DNA of 64,000 nucleotides from a virus. The stretch covers positions 8,698 through 72,697 of IMG/VR virus record IMGVR_UViG_3300045999_013278; one strand, written 5' to 3'. Below the pieces are notes generated by a model, which was not told the DNA's origin, did no database searches, and was given only the letters and a program-made list of their open reading frames with translations. A program made the translations under genes and the position numbers. How positions within the stretch are numbered: position 1 is the first letter of the stretch; every line of letters starts with the position of its first letter. Below, one piece after another: positions 42,709 through 52,695 of this stretch.

Positions 42709-45120
42709 TTAAACAGCCCTACGCGCAACTCTTAATTTAGCGCAACGGGTTTGTTGTCCTGCTGGGGAAGCTAAAGCTGCATCCAAGTCAATAACGCCAG
42801 TTTGTTCACGGCTAATCCAGATAAAAGATTCTCCCATGTTAAATGGAGTTGTACCAGAAGCGCGAACTTCCATTGGTAATGCAATACCGCGACCGACCGC
42901 ACCGTAGCTAAATACGAAACAGTCTTCAGTAACGGTTGCACCCGCGCCAAAAGTAGTTGTGTTTACGGTTGGATCAGATCCACCTGGCGCACCAACACCC
43001 CATGTATTGCCTGAGAAAATTTCAAAGCCGCAATATTGACCGACGTAACCTGAGCTTTGTCCGATTTCAATTCCAGAAGCCGCACGGAGAACGTTAGAAA
43101 TATTCTGGCGTTGTTCTTCAGTTACAGGAGAGTAAAGCTTGCCTAAAGATTTCTTTAGATTGTCTAAGGATTTAGGGGGAACTGTCAAAATGTAACTGTT
43201 GTTAGGCAAAGTTGGCCATTGGTCGGCGTAAAGCTGGGAATAAACAGAAGACAGGAAGTCTTCAGTTAAAGTACCGTCATCTGTTGCGGCAACGTTAGCC
43301 GGAACGGACGTTACTTCACCCTTATCGTTGTAATAAACTTTAGTTGTCTTAAAGTATTCCTTACGCACCATCAAATCTTCAAATTTGAAGTAGTGCTGCA
43401 TTAATACTTTATCCAGAACTGCCATTAAGTCAATTAATGACGTAGCTTCAGTAAATTCTGGAATAAATACAGGGCGGTTGCCTACTCCTGTGCTCAAACC
43501 TAGACCCCATTGAGCAATAGTTAATGGGACTGTGGTAATTTCCAAGCCTTGAGAATCCGTAGAAGTACCACGAGAATAATTAATGCTGGTATAGGTGTCG
43601 GTTGTGCTGATCAGGAAGTCGTTAACATCTGTAGGATCGGCTAAATTATTAGCGCGAGGAATCAGGATGGATTTATTGGGCGCAGATGTTGAGTCATATA
43701 TAGTGGAAGCAAACTGCCACCAAATATTATTGGAGTTGTGAGTTTCTCTCATTAAAGCTGAGAGAACATCCAAGAAAATTGCGCCAATGCTGCCGCTCGA
43801 TCCGATAGTTGGCCCGGCCGCACGACCAGAAAGAAATCCGCCACCCTCAGAAGATTTAAAGTAATTTTCTAATTCTTTAACCAAAGGAGAGTGTTTCCAA
43901 TTACGCAAACCCTTAGTGGCTTGCTCTTCACGGAAGTGATCGTGCATGAATCTAGCTAAAACATTATGATTCCGTTGGACTGCAACCATTCCATCGTGGC
44001 GAACTTCTGTAGGTTCGGCTTTGGAACTGTTAAATAAGTCAATAAATTCTTTAGCTAAACCTTGCATGGCAAACTTTGGGGTATTTTTAACGGCGGGGAC
44101 GACTTCAGATCCGGGGCGGCCAATTAACTGCGAAATATCTTTAAGGGTATCAGCTAATTGCTGGGCTTTTAATCTCTCGGCGCGTTCTTGGTCTAATTCT
44201 TGTTTTAAGCTTGAATTTTCTGCTAAGGCTTGAGATTTTTCTTGTTCTAGAACTAAATTCATTTCCCGAACTGGAGTTACTGTTTCAAGAATTAATTTTC
44301 TAACGGCTTCTAAATCTAAGCCTTGAGGCTTCAACTCTGCTACGGCTACAATCTCCCTTTCCTCTAGCGCAGGAACGGGGTCGGGAGTTGAAGATTTAAC
44401 TTCTTCTAAAGGTGTTAGTGGAGGCATATCTTTACCTTTAATTTGAATAATTTTAGGCTCATCTTTTCCATTGCGCTGTAGGCTTTTACCTACTCCTACC
44501 GTCGGGTCGGCGGGTACGCTTGCATGGGATATCTCAAATATTTCCCAATTTTTACTTATCCTGACTGGGTAATAACCCCTGTCTGCGAGTCCGTATTTTT
44601 CAATAAGAGCGGCGGCTTCTTTCTTGGGAAGTTCGGTGTATTCATCCTGTACTTGGTACATGAACGAAACACCTTTACGAGTACCCTTTTGGACTAAGTT
44701 ATATAAGTCTCTACCCTCTGCGTTGTCGTCGTACTGGACATCGCAAATAGCCTTACCTTGGGAGAAATTTACCCCCATTACTAGGCCGCGTTGCAAATCC
44801 CAATTATGATTCCAAAGAATTGGGCAGACACCTTCTGTAACCCTTTGAGTATTGCAACAGCCTGGCTCATGGGAAAGAACTTCGTAATATCTCTCATCTT
44901 CCCAGTAATCGTATCTAAGGATTGGATATTCGGAAGAAAAAACAAAACTTGCGGTTAAGTTTCCTACTACTTCTTCCCCACTCTCCTCTTCCTCCATATC
45001 CTTATTTAAATTTAAAGATTTTGAGAAGTTGGGAAGAATTTCCAAATTAAAATATCGCGTAGCTTGACCTACGGCAATTTCACCATCCTTAAGTTCTAAC
45101 CTTGCATTTTTCTCTGACAC
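42709..45120 (-). CDS. prohead protease-scaffold-major capsid fusion protein
   Basis: LWNHN, GVSFMY, WEIFEISHASVPADPTVGVG (HK97-type protease); coiled-coil linker; about 370-aa capsid-like C-terminus. Confidence 0.8.
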   Translation of the reverse strand: MSEKNARLELKDGEIAVGQATRYFNLEILPNFSKSLNLNKDMEEEESGEEVVGNLTASFVFSSEYPILRYDYWEDERYYEVLSHEPGCCNTQRVTEGVCPILWNHNWDLQRGLVMGVNFSQGKAICDVQYDDNAEGRDLYNLVQKGTRKGVSFMYQVQDEYTELPKKEAAALIEKYGLADRGYYPVRISKNWEIFEISHASVPADPTVGVGKSLQRNGKDEPKIIQIKGKDMPPLTPLEEVKSSTPDPVPALEEREIVAVAELKPQGLDLEAVRKLILETVTPVREMNLVLEQEKSQALAENSSLKQELDQERAERLKAQQLADTLKDISQLIGRPGSEVVPAVKNTPKFAMQGLAKEFIDLFNSSKAEPTEVRHDGMVAVQRNHNVLARFMHDHFREEQATKGLRNWKHSPLVKELENYFKSSEGGGFLSGRAAGPTIGSSGSIGAIFLDVLSALMRETHNSNNIWWQFASTIYDSTSAPNKSILIPRANNLADPTDVNDFLISTTDTYTSINYSRGTSTDSQGLEITTVPLTIAQWGLGLSTGVGNRPVFIPEFTEATSLIDLMAVLDKVLMQHYFKFEDLMVRKEYFKTTKVYYNDKGEVTSVPANVAATDDGTLTEDFLSSVYSQLYADQWPTLPNNSYILTVPPKSLDNLKKSLGKLYSPVTEEQRQNISNVLRAASGIEIGQSSGYVGQYCGFEIFSGNTWGVGAPGGSDPTVNTTTFGAGATVTEDCFVFSYGAVGRGIALPMEVRASGTTPFNMGESFIWISREQTGVIDLDAALASPAGQQTRCAKLRVARRAV

Positions 45121-45215
45121 TTTTTTTAAGGTTAAAAAAACTGATTAGTGCTTATTATAACATTCTTTATGGGAATGTGCTATAAACAAGTATAAATCTT
45201 TACTCCTCTAAGAAA

Positions 45216-48200
45216 ATGTTTAACGAAGTTTATGCTCCGTCCGCAAAACCTGTGTTTTACCGCACTTATTCAAGAAGTAAAAAAGAGACATGGCAAGATG
45301 TTTGTGACCGGACAATTACGGCATTAATTTCTCTGGGAAAATTAACTAAGACTGAGGGTGACTTAATTAGGCGATCGCAGGAAGAATTTAAAGTATTAAG
45401 TAGTGGAAGATGGCTGTGGTGTGGTGGTACAGATTGGTTAAAAAAGCCAGAAAACGTTTACGGTGCTTATAATTGCTCATCCACAAACATTACAGACTGG
45501 GAAGCATTAAGCTTAATGATGAATTTGGCTATGCAGGGATGCGGGACTGGCGCAGTGTTGGAAGATAAATATATTAAAAATCTTCCTATTATAAGGAATA
45601 ATTTAAGCGTAGAGATTGTTAATTTACCTGGCACTGTAAAAAAAGAAAACAGGCACGATGACACTATCGTTAGCGGCGCGCGCGGACAAGTTAACATTTT
45701 TGTTGGAGATAGCCGTAAGGGTTGGGTAGACTCTTACCTTACACTTCTAGAGTTGTCTTCAAGGGAAGATTTAGCGAAAAACGTTAAAGTTTTCGTTTGC
45801 TTAGGTGCGGTAAGAAGTAGTGGGGAAAAACTTAAAGGCTTTGGCGGAAAAGCTAATCCCATAGCTTTAGCTGGGATGTATGGAAAATTAGCTAAGATTT
45901 TAAACGGGGCTATAGGTCGCCAACTTACCGCTTTAGAGTTATGCAAGTTAATTGATGAGGCTAGTGTTACAATTGTAGCCGGAAATATAAGAAGGTCGGC
46001 GGGCATGAGACAGGGTTCGCCAGAAGATATAGAGTTTGCGACCGCTAAAGATAACTTGTGGCAACAAGACAATGAGGGTAACTGGAAAATAGATCCTGAC
46101 AAAGATTGCTTAAGAATGGCTAATCATACGTTAGTTTATCACCGTCGCCCAACTTTAGAAGAGGTCAAAAAAAGTGTGCAAAAACAATTCCACAGCGGTG
46201 AAGGTGCAATTCAATGGGCTGGCGAAGCGGTAGCTAGAGCTAACGTGGATTTACTCTCTAATAAGGATTTAAAAAATAAGTTTTTAGACTTATACAATAA
46301 GTCCTTAAATGAAGCATTAAATTTTTTAGCTAAGTTAGGGCTGTTGAGTATTGCTGAAGCGGAAGAAAGGATGTCTAGGTACGCTACCAACCCTTGTTTT
46401 CGTGGGGATATGAAAATATTAACTAAAGATGGTTACAGAGCATTCGAGTCGTTGGACGGTCAAGATGTAGAGATAATTAACGCAGAGGGCAATGTTTCTC
46501 TATCTCATATATGGTGTTCAGGTGAAAAGGAAACCGTAAGGGTAGGAATGGGGGCTTATGGAAGTATTCACTGCACTCCAGATCACTCTTTTTTAAATAT
46601 TGATGGCAAAAGAGTTGACGCATCTGAATTAAGACCGGGTGACAGATTAATGCCATTCTTAAAAGTGCCAGAGCATAAGAATAAAATATTCGTTTGTTTA
46701 GGATTTGTCCAAGGTGATGGTCAATTATCTGATTTATCTGATTTGAAAGGCGACAAAAAAGGGCAACTAGGTGTTGCTGTCAACATAGGTAAAAAGGATC
46801 AAGAAATCCTAGAATTTTTCCAAGAAACGGAAGGTTTGAAATGCAAGAAACATGGCGAAAGGCGTATTTATGTTAACGGACTGAATGAGTTAATTGACAA
46901 ATACGACTTTTCTCTTTACACCCTTCCATTTCGCGCACTCCCATCCACTTATAAAGGCTGGGACTTAGACATAAAAGCATCGTTCTTGTCTGGACTTTAT
47001 TCAGCTAACGGCAGTGTTCTAAAAAACGGCAGAGTGACCTTAAAGACGACCTGTAGAGAAATGGGCGAACAGGTTGTTGATTCTTTAAAAGCAGACTTTG
47101 GCATAGAAGCTTATATTACCATCAACCGACCGTCAACCGTATCGTTTCCTAACGGTATTTACCAATGTAGAGAAAGTTACGACGTAAATATTCAGCAATA
47201 CAAAGGGAGACTTTCATTCTTCAACCAAATCAACTTTATTCATTCGTACAAGATTGATAAATTTGCCAAAACTCTCTTGGCAACCTCTCCCTCAATATCG
47301 GTAGTAGAAAAACAAGGGATTGTAAAAGTTTATGATTTTTCTGAACCAATAACGCACTGGGGTGTAGTAGAGGGCTTTGTCGCGCATAATTGCGGAGAAA
47401 TTGTGGGTAACAATTTTTTCTGCGATCTCGCTGAAGTACACCTAAACACGCTAGATGGAAAAGACTTAAATAGTTTAAGAGACTCATTTAGGGCTGCGGG
47501 TTTAATTGCAGCCGTACTATTAAATGACAAATTCCCTGACGAGAGATATCAAAAATCTAGGGAGTTAGACCCTATTGTTGGCGTTAGCTTTACTGGCTTA
47601 TTTGACTTTTTCGTTAATTTATTTGGGGAAAGTTGGTTGCGCTGGTGGGAAGGCGGCAGGGAGGAATACTCAGACAGAGACTTTATCACATCAAAGGATT
47701 TAGAAAATTGGATAGAAACATTCCCAGATGAGGTAGTTGAAATTATTAACGATTGGAATAAAAGCCAAGGGAAATTTGCTATAAAACACCCCGGCGTTTG
47801 CAACGGACTACTTTTTAAAGCCTTGGAAGAATTTTACCTGACGCTTTTTAAAGATGAAGCCCATAAAGCAGTTTGGGAATACTGTCATGCACATTCGCTT
47901 AAACGCCCCAATAGATGTACTACGGTGCAACCAAGCGGGACTAAGAGCCTCTTAACTGGCGCGTCTCCTGGCTGGCATCCTCCAAAAGCTGCTAGATTTA
48001 TCCGTCGGATTACTTTTGGCAGAGACGACGCAGTAGCTTTAGCTTGTATGGACTATGGCTACGGTATTATTCCTTCCCAATCTTGTAAAGATGCTGAGGG
48101 TAATTTATTAAACGATCCATTTGACCCAAGAGTTACGGAATGGTTGGTAGAAATTCCCACAAAAACTAGCTGGGCGGATAACATCGGGGAAGATGTAGAT

Positions 48201-48599
48201 ATAAGCAAATTTAGCGCAAAAGCCCAATTTGACTTTTACCTACAAGTACAAAATTACTACGCAACTCACAATACTTCAGCAACTTTGGAAATACGTCAAG
48301 AGGAAATTGGGGAATATGCACAACTCCTTTACCAGAACATCCAAAATTGTGGCGGATATAGTTCTGCGGCACTTTTGGCAAGATTTGACAGTGGCGAAAC
48401 TTTCCCTCGTCTGCCATTTGAGCCAATTTCTAAGGAAAAATATGAAGATTTATGGGGAGAGGTTTTAGCTCGCCGTAAAAATAGTAGTTTTGATAAACTT
48501 TTGCAAATAAGGTTAAGCGCAGCGGAAGTGGAAGATTCTCAAGTTGGCCCGGCCGGATGCGACTCGGATAAGTGCTTATTTAAGGAAGTGGGCAAATAA
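45216..48599 (+). CDS. nrdJ: class II (B12-dependent) ribonucleotide reductase with intein
   Basis: FYRTYSR, YNC, GCGTG, AGNIRRSA, NP|C..CGEI, TTVQPSGT, C-terminal GCDSDKC. Confidence 0.95.
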   Translation: MFNEVYAPSAKPVFYRTYSRSKKETWQDVCDRTITALISLGKLTKTEGDLIRRSQEEFKVLSSGRWLWCGGTDWLKKPENVYGAYNCSSTNITDWEALSLMMNLAMQGCGTGAVLEDKYIKNLPIIRNNLSVEIVNLPGTVKKENRHDDTIVSGARGQVNIFVGDSRKGWVDSYLTLLELSSREDLAKNVKVFVCLGAVRSSGEKLKGFGGKANPIALAGMYGKLAKILNGAIGRQLTALELCKLIDEASVTIVAGNIRRSAGMRQGSPEDIEFATAKDNLWQQDNEGNWKIDPDKDCLRMANHTLVYHRRPTLEEVKKSVQKQFHSGEGAIQWAGEAVARANVDLLSNKDLKNKFLDLYNKSLNEALNFLAKLGLLSIAEAEERMSRYATNPCFRGDMKILTKDGYRAFESLDGQDVEIINAEGNVSLSHIWCSGEKETVRVGMGAYGSIHCTPDHSFLNIDGKRVDASELRPGDRLMPFLKVPEHKNKIFVCLGFVQGDGQLSDLSDLKGDKKGQLGVAVNIGKKDQEILEFFQETEGLKCKKHGERRIYVNGLNELIDKYDFSLYTLPFRALPSTYKGWDLDIKASFLSGLYSANGSVLKNGRVTLKTTCREMGEQVVDSLKADFGIEAYITINRPSTVSFPNGIYQCRESYDVNIQQYKGRLSFFNQINFIHSYKIDKFAKTLLATSPSISVVEKQGIVKVYDFSEPITHWGVVEGFVAHNCGEIVGNNFFCDLAEVHLNTLDGKDLNSLRDSFRAAGLIAAVLLNDKFPDERYQKSRELDPIVGVSFTGLFDFFVNLFGESWLRWWEGGREEYSDRDFITSKDLENWIETFPDEVVEIINDWNKSQGKFAIKHPGVCNGLLFKALEEFYLTLFKDEAHKAVWEYCHAHSLKRPNRCTTVQPSGTKSLLTGASPGWHPPKAARFIRRITFGRDDAVALACMDYGYGIIPSQSCKDAEGNLLNDPFDPRVTEWLVEIPTKTSWADNIGEDVDISKFSAKAQFDFYLQVQNYYATHNTSATLEIRQEEIGEYAQLLYQNIQNCGGYSSAALLARFDSGETFPRLPFEPISKEKYEDLWGEVLARRKNSSFDKLLQIRLSAAEVEDSQVGPAGCDSDKCLFKEVGK
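46395..47390 (+). mobile_element. intein (332 aa) with LAGLIDADG homing endonuclease at the NP|CGE active-site position
   Basis: begins CFRGDMKILT, CTPDH block B, LGFVQGDG and FLSGLYSANGSV, ends VAHN followed by extein Cys. Confidence 0.92.
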
Positions 48600-48620
48600 A
48601 CCCGTCAGGTAAATTACAAT

Positions 48621-48663
48621 AAATCCTCCAAAGGCTTATACAAAAGCACTTTGGAGGATTTTT
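48621..48663. terminator. intrinsic terminator after nrdJ
   Basis: AAATCCTCCAAAG...CTTTGGAGGATTT+T-run. Confidence 0.7.
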
Positions 48664-48706
48664 AACTTTAAGCCCACGTCAGGTAAAAAGGGGTATTTTT
48701 GTAAAA

Positions 48707-48752
48707 GCGTCAGGTAAAATCCTTATTAGAGAAGAAAACGCTTGACGCGATT
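48707..48752 (+). repeat. GTCA-N30-TGAC dispersed element, copy 3, with extra CGTCAGGTAAA half-sites at about 48603 and 48677
   Basis: gCGTCAggtaaaatccttattagagaagaaaacgctTGACGcgatt. Confidence 0.7.
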
Positions 48753-48795
48753 TGTGTGACGTTTCCCTAAAAACTCCATTTTTACTTGACGTTTT

Positions 48796-49320
48796 TTAGA
48801 CTATTTCTACCCAACCCTCGCCGCCGTAAACAAAAAATTTAGTCAAGGTTGAGTTAAAATAAATCTGATATTGAGCCAAACTTGTAGTTGGCGCAGCACT
48901 TAATACTCCTAAAAATCTATAAGTATGTTGGGCAACTGATGATGCGGTAATAACTTGAATTTTATCCGCCGGCGTAATATTGGCGGAAAAGTTAAATGAA
49001 TCAATTTGGCTCAATGGCGTAATAAGCTGAATCTCTCCCGAATAGGCAATTGGGATTTGTCCACTCATGGCTATAGTTTGCCCCGCGCTAATTACTAAAT
49101 CTAATTTGCTGCCAACCGCGGGGATTTTAAATAAGTAATAGCCACTGGGGAATAAACCCAGTCTTTGCTGTGTGTCGCCTATAAAAATAATTCCCAACGA
49201 TCCGTAAAACTGTTGGATATTTTGGAGTGTGAATGTAAAAGTGTCACCGGGGCTTATGGTGAGGTTTATAAATTCCGCAGATTGGGAAGTTAAATCTATT
49301 TGTTTTTGACGCTTAGGCAT
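48796..49320 (-). CDS. putative virion structural/decoration protein
   Basis: C-terminal APT......QIYFNST...F.VY.G..W motif seen in fibre/decoration proteins; late-gene strand. Confidence 0.45.
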   Translation of the reverse strand: MPKRQKQIDLTSQSAEFINLTISPGDTFTFTLQNIQQFYGSLGIIFIGDTQQRLGLFPSGYYLFKIPAVGSKLDLVISAGQTIAMSGQIPIAYSGEIQLITPLSQIDSFNFSANITPADKIQVITASSVAQHTYRFLGVLSAAPTTSLAQYQIYFNSTLTKFFVYGGEGWVEIV

Positions 49321-49383
49321 ATCTATAAAGTAAGTAATTATTTATATCAGTATATCCTAAATTTATATTTTTTAATTTACCTA

Positions 49384-49413
49384 TTGACCGACGATAGAAA
49401 GGTGTGGTATAAC
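49384..49413 (+). promoter_or_regulatory. variant phage promoter TTGACC-GACGATA...-TATAAC
   Basis: 18-nt spacer, related GACGATA core. Confidence 0.55.
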
Positions 49414-49449
49414 CAGAATGAAGTTAAAGAGTAAGAGAGGAATATAAAG

Positions 49450-49557
49450 ATGACTAAAACAGAAGTAATTGAATTGATGAAGTCCGCGTCTAGCGAAGAA
49501 GATTGGAATAACAAATGCGATCAAGTAAAATCTGCTTGCGGCGGATATCCCGATTAG
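49450..49557 (+). CDS. small ORF (35 aa), possibly truncated
   Basis: AAGAGAGG RBS, MTKTEVIELMKSASSEEDWNNKCDQVKSACGGYPD. Confidence 0.4.
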   Translation: MTKTEVIELMKSASSEEDWNNKCDQVKSACGGYPD

Positions 49558-49648
49558 GGAATGTTCCGAACAAAGAATGTTGCAAACTTGGACAAGTAAT
49601 AAAAATTGTCGCGGTAGAAATTTTAAAATAGTCAGGTAATTAAAAAGT

Positions 49649-49885
49649 ATGCCAGAAATAAAATACATAAAATGCCCTAGTTGCGGATGGGTTGGGGATT
49701 CCAATCCTACGCCAGCAGAAATTTATGGAAGTTTAAAAACTGAAGTTCCGACAGTAATAAAAACTTTACAATTAAACAGATCTCTTGGCAATTACGGTTT
49801 TAGCGGGAGTTATGCTGAATGTCCAAATTGCGGAAAAGATTTATCGGACGGAAAATTTAACGTAAACCCCGATTATTTATGCTAA
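49649..49885 (+). CDS. Zn-ribbon hypothetical protein
   Basis: CPSCG...CPNCG. Confidence 0.6.
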   Translation: MPEIKYIKCPSCGWVGDSNPTPAEIYGSLKTEVPTVIKTLQLNRSLGNYGFSGSYAECPNCGKDLSDGKFNVNPDYLC

Positions 49886-49935
49886 AATATTATCGTGGTT
49901 CTTAGCTTGAGTCACTCCTCACTATTTACTATGGT

Positions 49936-49975
49936 AATCCCTTAACTCAGCACCAGAAGTTAAGGGATTTTTTTT
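49936..49975. terminator. terminator between convergent genes
   Basis: AATCCCTTAACT...AGTTAAGGGATT+T-run. Confidence 0.7.
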
Positions 49976-49980
49976 ATTAA

Positions 49981-51282
49981 TTATTCCTTCCCTGCGCCCG
50001 CACTTAACTGTTGATTTTGGGTTGATTGGTTTTGAGCTTTCATTAAAAACTCTTGTCCGTTAACTGCCCAAATTCCCCAATCTAATTCAAAGCCACCCCT
50101 TTTAATGACATTTTCATAGTACGATTCATACCCGAATTTCATGCAATACTCTAGGCTAATGCACCACTTAACCTGAGTTCCGACCAACCCACGCAAAGCT
50201 TGGATATTTCTTGAGTACATCAATGCGGGTTGGTTAGCTATATCCTTACCTGAGTTTGATTCCATTCCCAACCCTGGGAAAAACCATAGCGGTACGCCAG
50301 GCGGCACTAACTCTTCCCTAAGCTTCATCCAATAATCAAAAACGCCCTTAAGACTTTCATTACCATTACTATAAGCTTTTCTTACGTCAGCTTTATTTAA
50401 CAAGTAAAGGTTGGAAATTAAGCCTTGTGCTAATTGCGATTTATGCTCAAGCATATAAGCTTCTTTGTATTCTTCATCCGCGCCTTCGGGCATGAGATGA
50501 AGCCAAGGAGAAATTGCGGCGGCTCGGACAGCTTGGGCGACATCTGGACGGTGTTCTTTTAAGTATTCGTAAGCTTCAACTGACTGTAAAAATAAGGGGT
50601 CGCCATACCTTCCTGAAGCTCCTAATTCTTCATATTTAAAATGCAATATTTTCCAATCAGGAAATACCCTATCGTCAGGGCTTTCGCTAATCATTTTCCT
50701 TTGTGAATAAGTTCCTTTTAGTTCCCCTTCACTATTTACATCCACAAACATAGAGAAAGTTGGGAGGTATTGGATTTTTTCTATAAAGTAATCTTTCTTA
50801 TTTTTACTGTCGAAGTTTAATCCTAATTCTGCAAAACTATCGCCAGACCTCAGCATCCTCCTTACGCCTGGCTCTAAGGCATTACCTCCTAGAACTAAAT
50901 CTTTTCCAAATTGCCTTGATGCCATTTCTTTACTAATCGCAATTAAATTTTTATCTACTTCTACGTCATCCATCTTAGAATTAACTTTCCAACTACGAAC
51001 TTCGCCATTTTCTCTAATAAAAACATCCCTAGCTAAAATACTACTAGAGTGCCTTACTTCTTGATTCCAAATTGACATCTCGATCAATTGGTGAGTTAAA
51101 TAGCCATCCCCCATAATTGTTCTAACGGGAATTTCCGGTAATCCTAAGCTTAAATTTCTCTTAGAAGCTAACCCCAAACGTAAAGACTCAGAAGATCCTG
51201 TAAACCCTCGCGGTTTTCTTATCCTTGCAAGGATTTGCGTGAAAATGTTTTTTACTCTTTGGAAAAAATTAATACTAGGCAT
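49981..51282 (-). CDS. portal protein
   Basis: GDSFAEL, IQYLP, ILHFKY...YG.P, GVP..F portal-like pattern; about 430 aa on late strand; ATG 51282 preferred since 51330 overlaps a promoter. Confidence 0.7.
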   Translation of the reverse strand: MPSINFFQRVKNIFTQILARIRKPRGFTGSSESLRLGLASKRNLSLGLPEIPVRTIMGDGYLTHQLIEMSIWNQEVRHSSSILARDVFIRENGEVRSWKVNSKMDDVEVDKNLIAISKEMASRQFGKDLVLGGNALEPGVRRMLRSGDSFAELGLNFDSKNKKDYFIEKIQYLPTFSMFVDVNSEGELKGTYSQRKMISESPDDRVFPDWKILHFKYEELGASGRYGDPLFLQSVEAYEYLKEHRPDVAQAVRAAAISPWLHLMPEGADEEYKEAYMLEHKSQLAQGLISNLYLLNKADVRKAYSNGNESLKGVFDYWMKLREELVPPGVPLWFFPGLGMESNSGKDIANQPALMYSRNIQALRGLVGTQVKWCISLEYCMKFGYESYYENVIKRGGFELDWGIWAVNGQEFLMKAQNQSTQNQQLSAGAGKE

Positions 51283-51308
51283 AATTTTTATTTTTTTACT
51301 TTTGGGAC

Positions 51309-51337
51309 TTGACGACGGTATATAAACCATGTATTAT
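51309..51337 (+). promoter_or_regulatory. phage early promoter TTGACG-ACGGTA...-TATTAT
   Basis: TTGACG + 17 nt + TATTAT. Confidence 0.75.
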
Positions 51338-51373
51338 ATAATTATACTTTTAAATGTATAAAGAGAGGTAACT

Positions 51374-51778
51374 ATGGAAGGATTAAAAAAAATAAACATT
51401 GGCGACATTTACTGGATGCCTGGCGACATTTACTGGATGCCTTCAAATAAACCTATTGATAAAAAATCAATAGATATTAAATTAATAGTTACTAAAGTAG
51501 GCACTAAGTTTATCTATGCTAATAATGAAGATACAAATTGGGAGTATAAGTTTACTTTTAAATCTGATGGTGTACTGGATTTAGTAAATAATATGTGTTC
51601 CGGTAAAGCTTATTCTGAGGAGCAATGGGAGAAGCAAAAGCTAATTATCAAGTTGGATAAATTAACTCAAAAATTCAAACAAGAGTTTTCGCAAATTAAT
51701 AATTCTACAGACTTTAAAAAATATCAAGAGTTGGTTAGCGAAATGAATGAATTGTCTCAAAAGATTTTAAATCTATGA
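51374..51778 (+). CDS. hypothetical beta-barrel protein (KVGTKF family)
   Basis: AAGAGAGG RBS; IVTKVGTKFIY. Confidence 0.65.
   Translation: MEGLKKINIGDIYWMPGDIYWMPSNKPIDKKSIDIKLIVTKVGTKFIYANNEDTNWEYKFTFKSDGVLDLVNNMCSGKAYSEEQWEKQKLIIKLDKLTQKFKQEFSQINNSTDFKKYQELVSEMNELSQKILNL
51400..51441. repeat. 21-bp perfect tandem duplication (GDIYWMP x2)
   Basis: TGGCGACATTTACTGGATGCC twice. Confidence 0.9.
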
Positions 51779-52695
51779 AGATCGCATACAACAACCCTCA
51801 AGCTATAACCGTCCTTCCCAATAATGCAAAATTAAAATACGAACATGACTTTAATTGTTTAACAGAAATAGTTAAAGATAAAAATTTTAAACCATTCCTT
51901 AAGTGGGTAGGAGGCAAAACTAGATTAATTCCTCAATACGAAGAATTAGGATTAATCCCCGCCGAATTTAATACTTATTTTGAGCCATTTTTAGGTGGCG
52001 GCGCAATGTTTTTCCATTTACAAAATATAGGATTAATTAACCGCGCACTTTTAAGTGACTTAAATAAAGACTTAGTTAATACTTACAAAGAAGTTAAGGA
52101 TAATTTAAGTAAATTAAAACAAGTTCTTTTAAAGGATTTCGCAGAAGCTCACAATAAAGAGTTTTTTGAAGAAGTTAGAAATAAGCAATTTAAGAGTGAT
52201 GTTTATAATGCTGCAAAATTTATCTACTTAAACAAAGCTTGTAGATCGGGAATGTACCGCGTTAATAAAAGCGGCAGTTTTAATGTTCCTTTCGGACTGC
52301 CGGGACAAACTATTTACCAACCTGAACTTTTAACTAACAGTAATTTAGCCTTAAATACTAATAATGTAGCGGTAGTTAATACATCTTTCTTTAATATTAG
52401 TCATTTGCCTCAACCTGGCGATTTTGTATTTTTAGATCCGCCTTATCATGGGACTTTTAATGGTTATAACAAAAGCCCGTTTGGGGAAGATGAGCAAGTT
52501 AAATTAAGAGACGTATGTAGGGAATACAGTGAAAATAAAATAAAGTTTTTACTTTGCAATTCTCACAATAGTTTTATTTTAGATTTATATGCAAGTAAGA
52601 AGTTTAAGATAAGTGAAGTTTGGAGAAATGGTACGATAAATAGCAACAGTAAAGAAAGAGAAAAAGTTAAGGAATTGGTAATATGCAATTTTTAA
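51775..52695 (+). CDS. Dam-family (D12) DNA adenine methyltransferase
   Basis: LKWVGGK, EPFLGGGA, YRVN..G.FNVPFG, DPPY. Confidence 0.92.
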   Translation: MKIAYNNPQAITVLPNNAKLKYEHDFNCLTEIVKDKNFKPFLKWVGGKTRLIPQYEELGLIPAEFNTYFEPFLGGGAMFFHLQNIGLINRALLSDLNKDLVNTYKEVKDNLSKLKQVLLKDFAEAHNKEFFEEVRNKQFKSDVYNAAKFIYLNKACRSGMYRVNKSGSFNVPFGLPGQTIYQPELLTNSNLALNTNNVAVVNTSFFNISHLPQPGDFVFLDPPYHGTFNGYNKSPFGEDEQVKLRDVCREYSENKIKFLLCNSHNSFILDLYASKKFKISEVWRNGTINSNSKEREKVKELVICNF

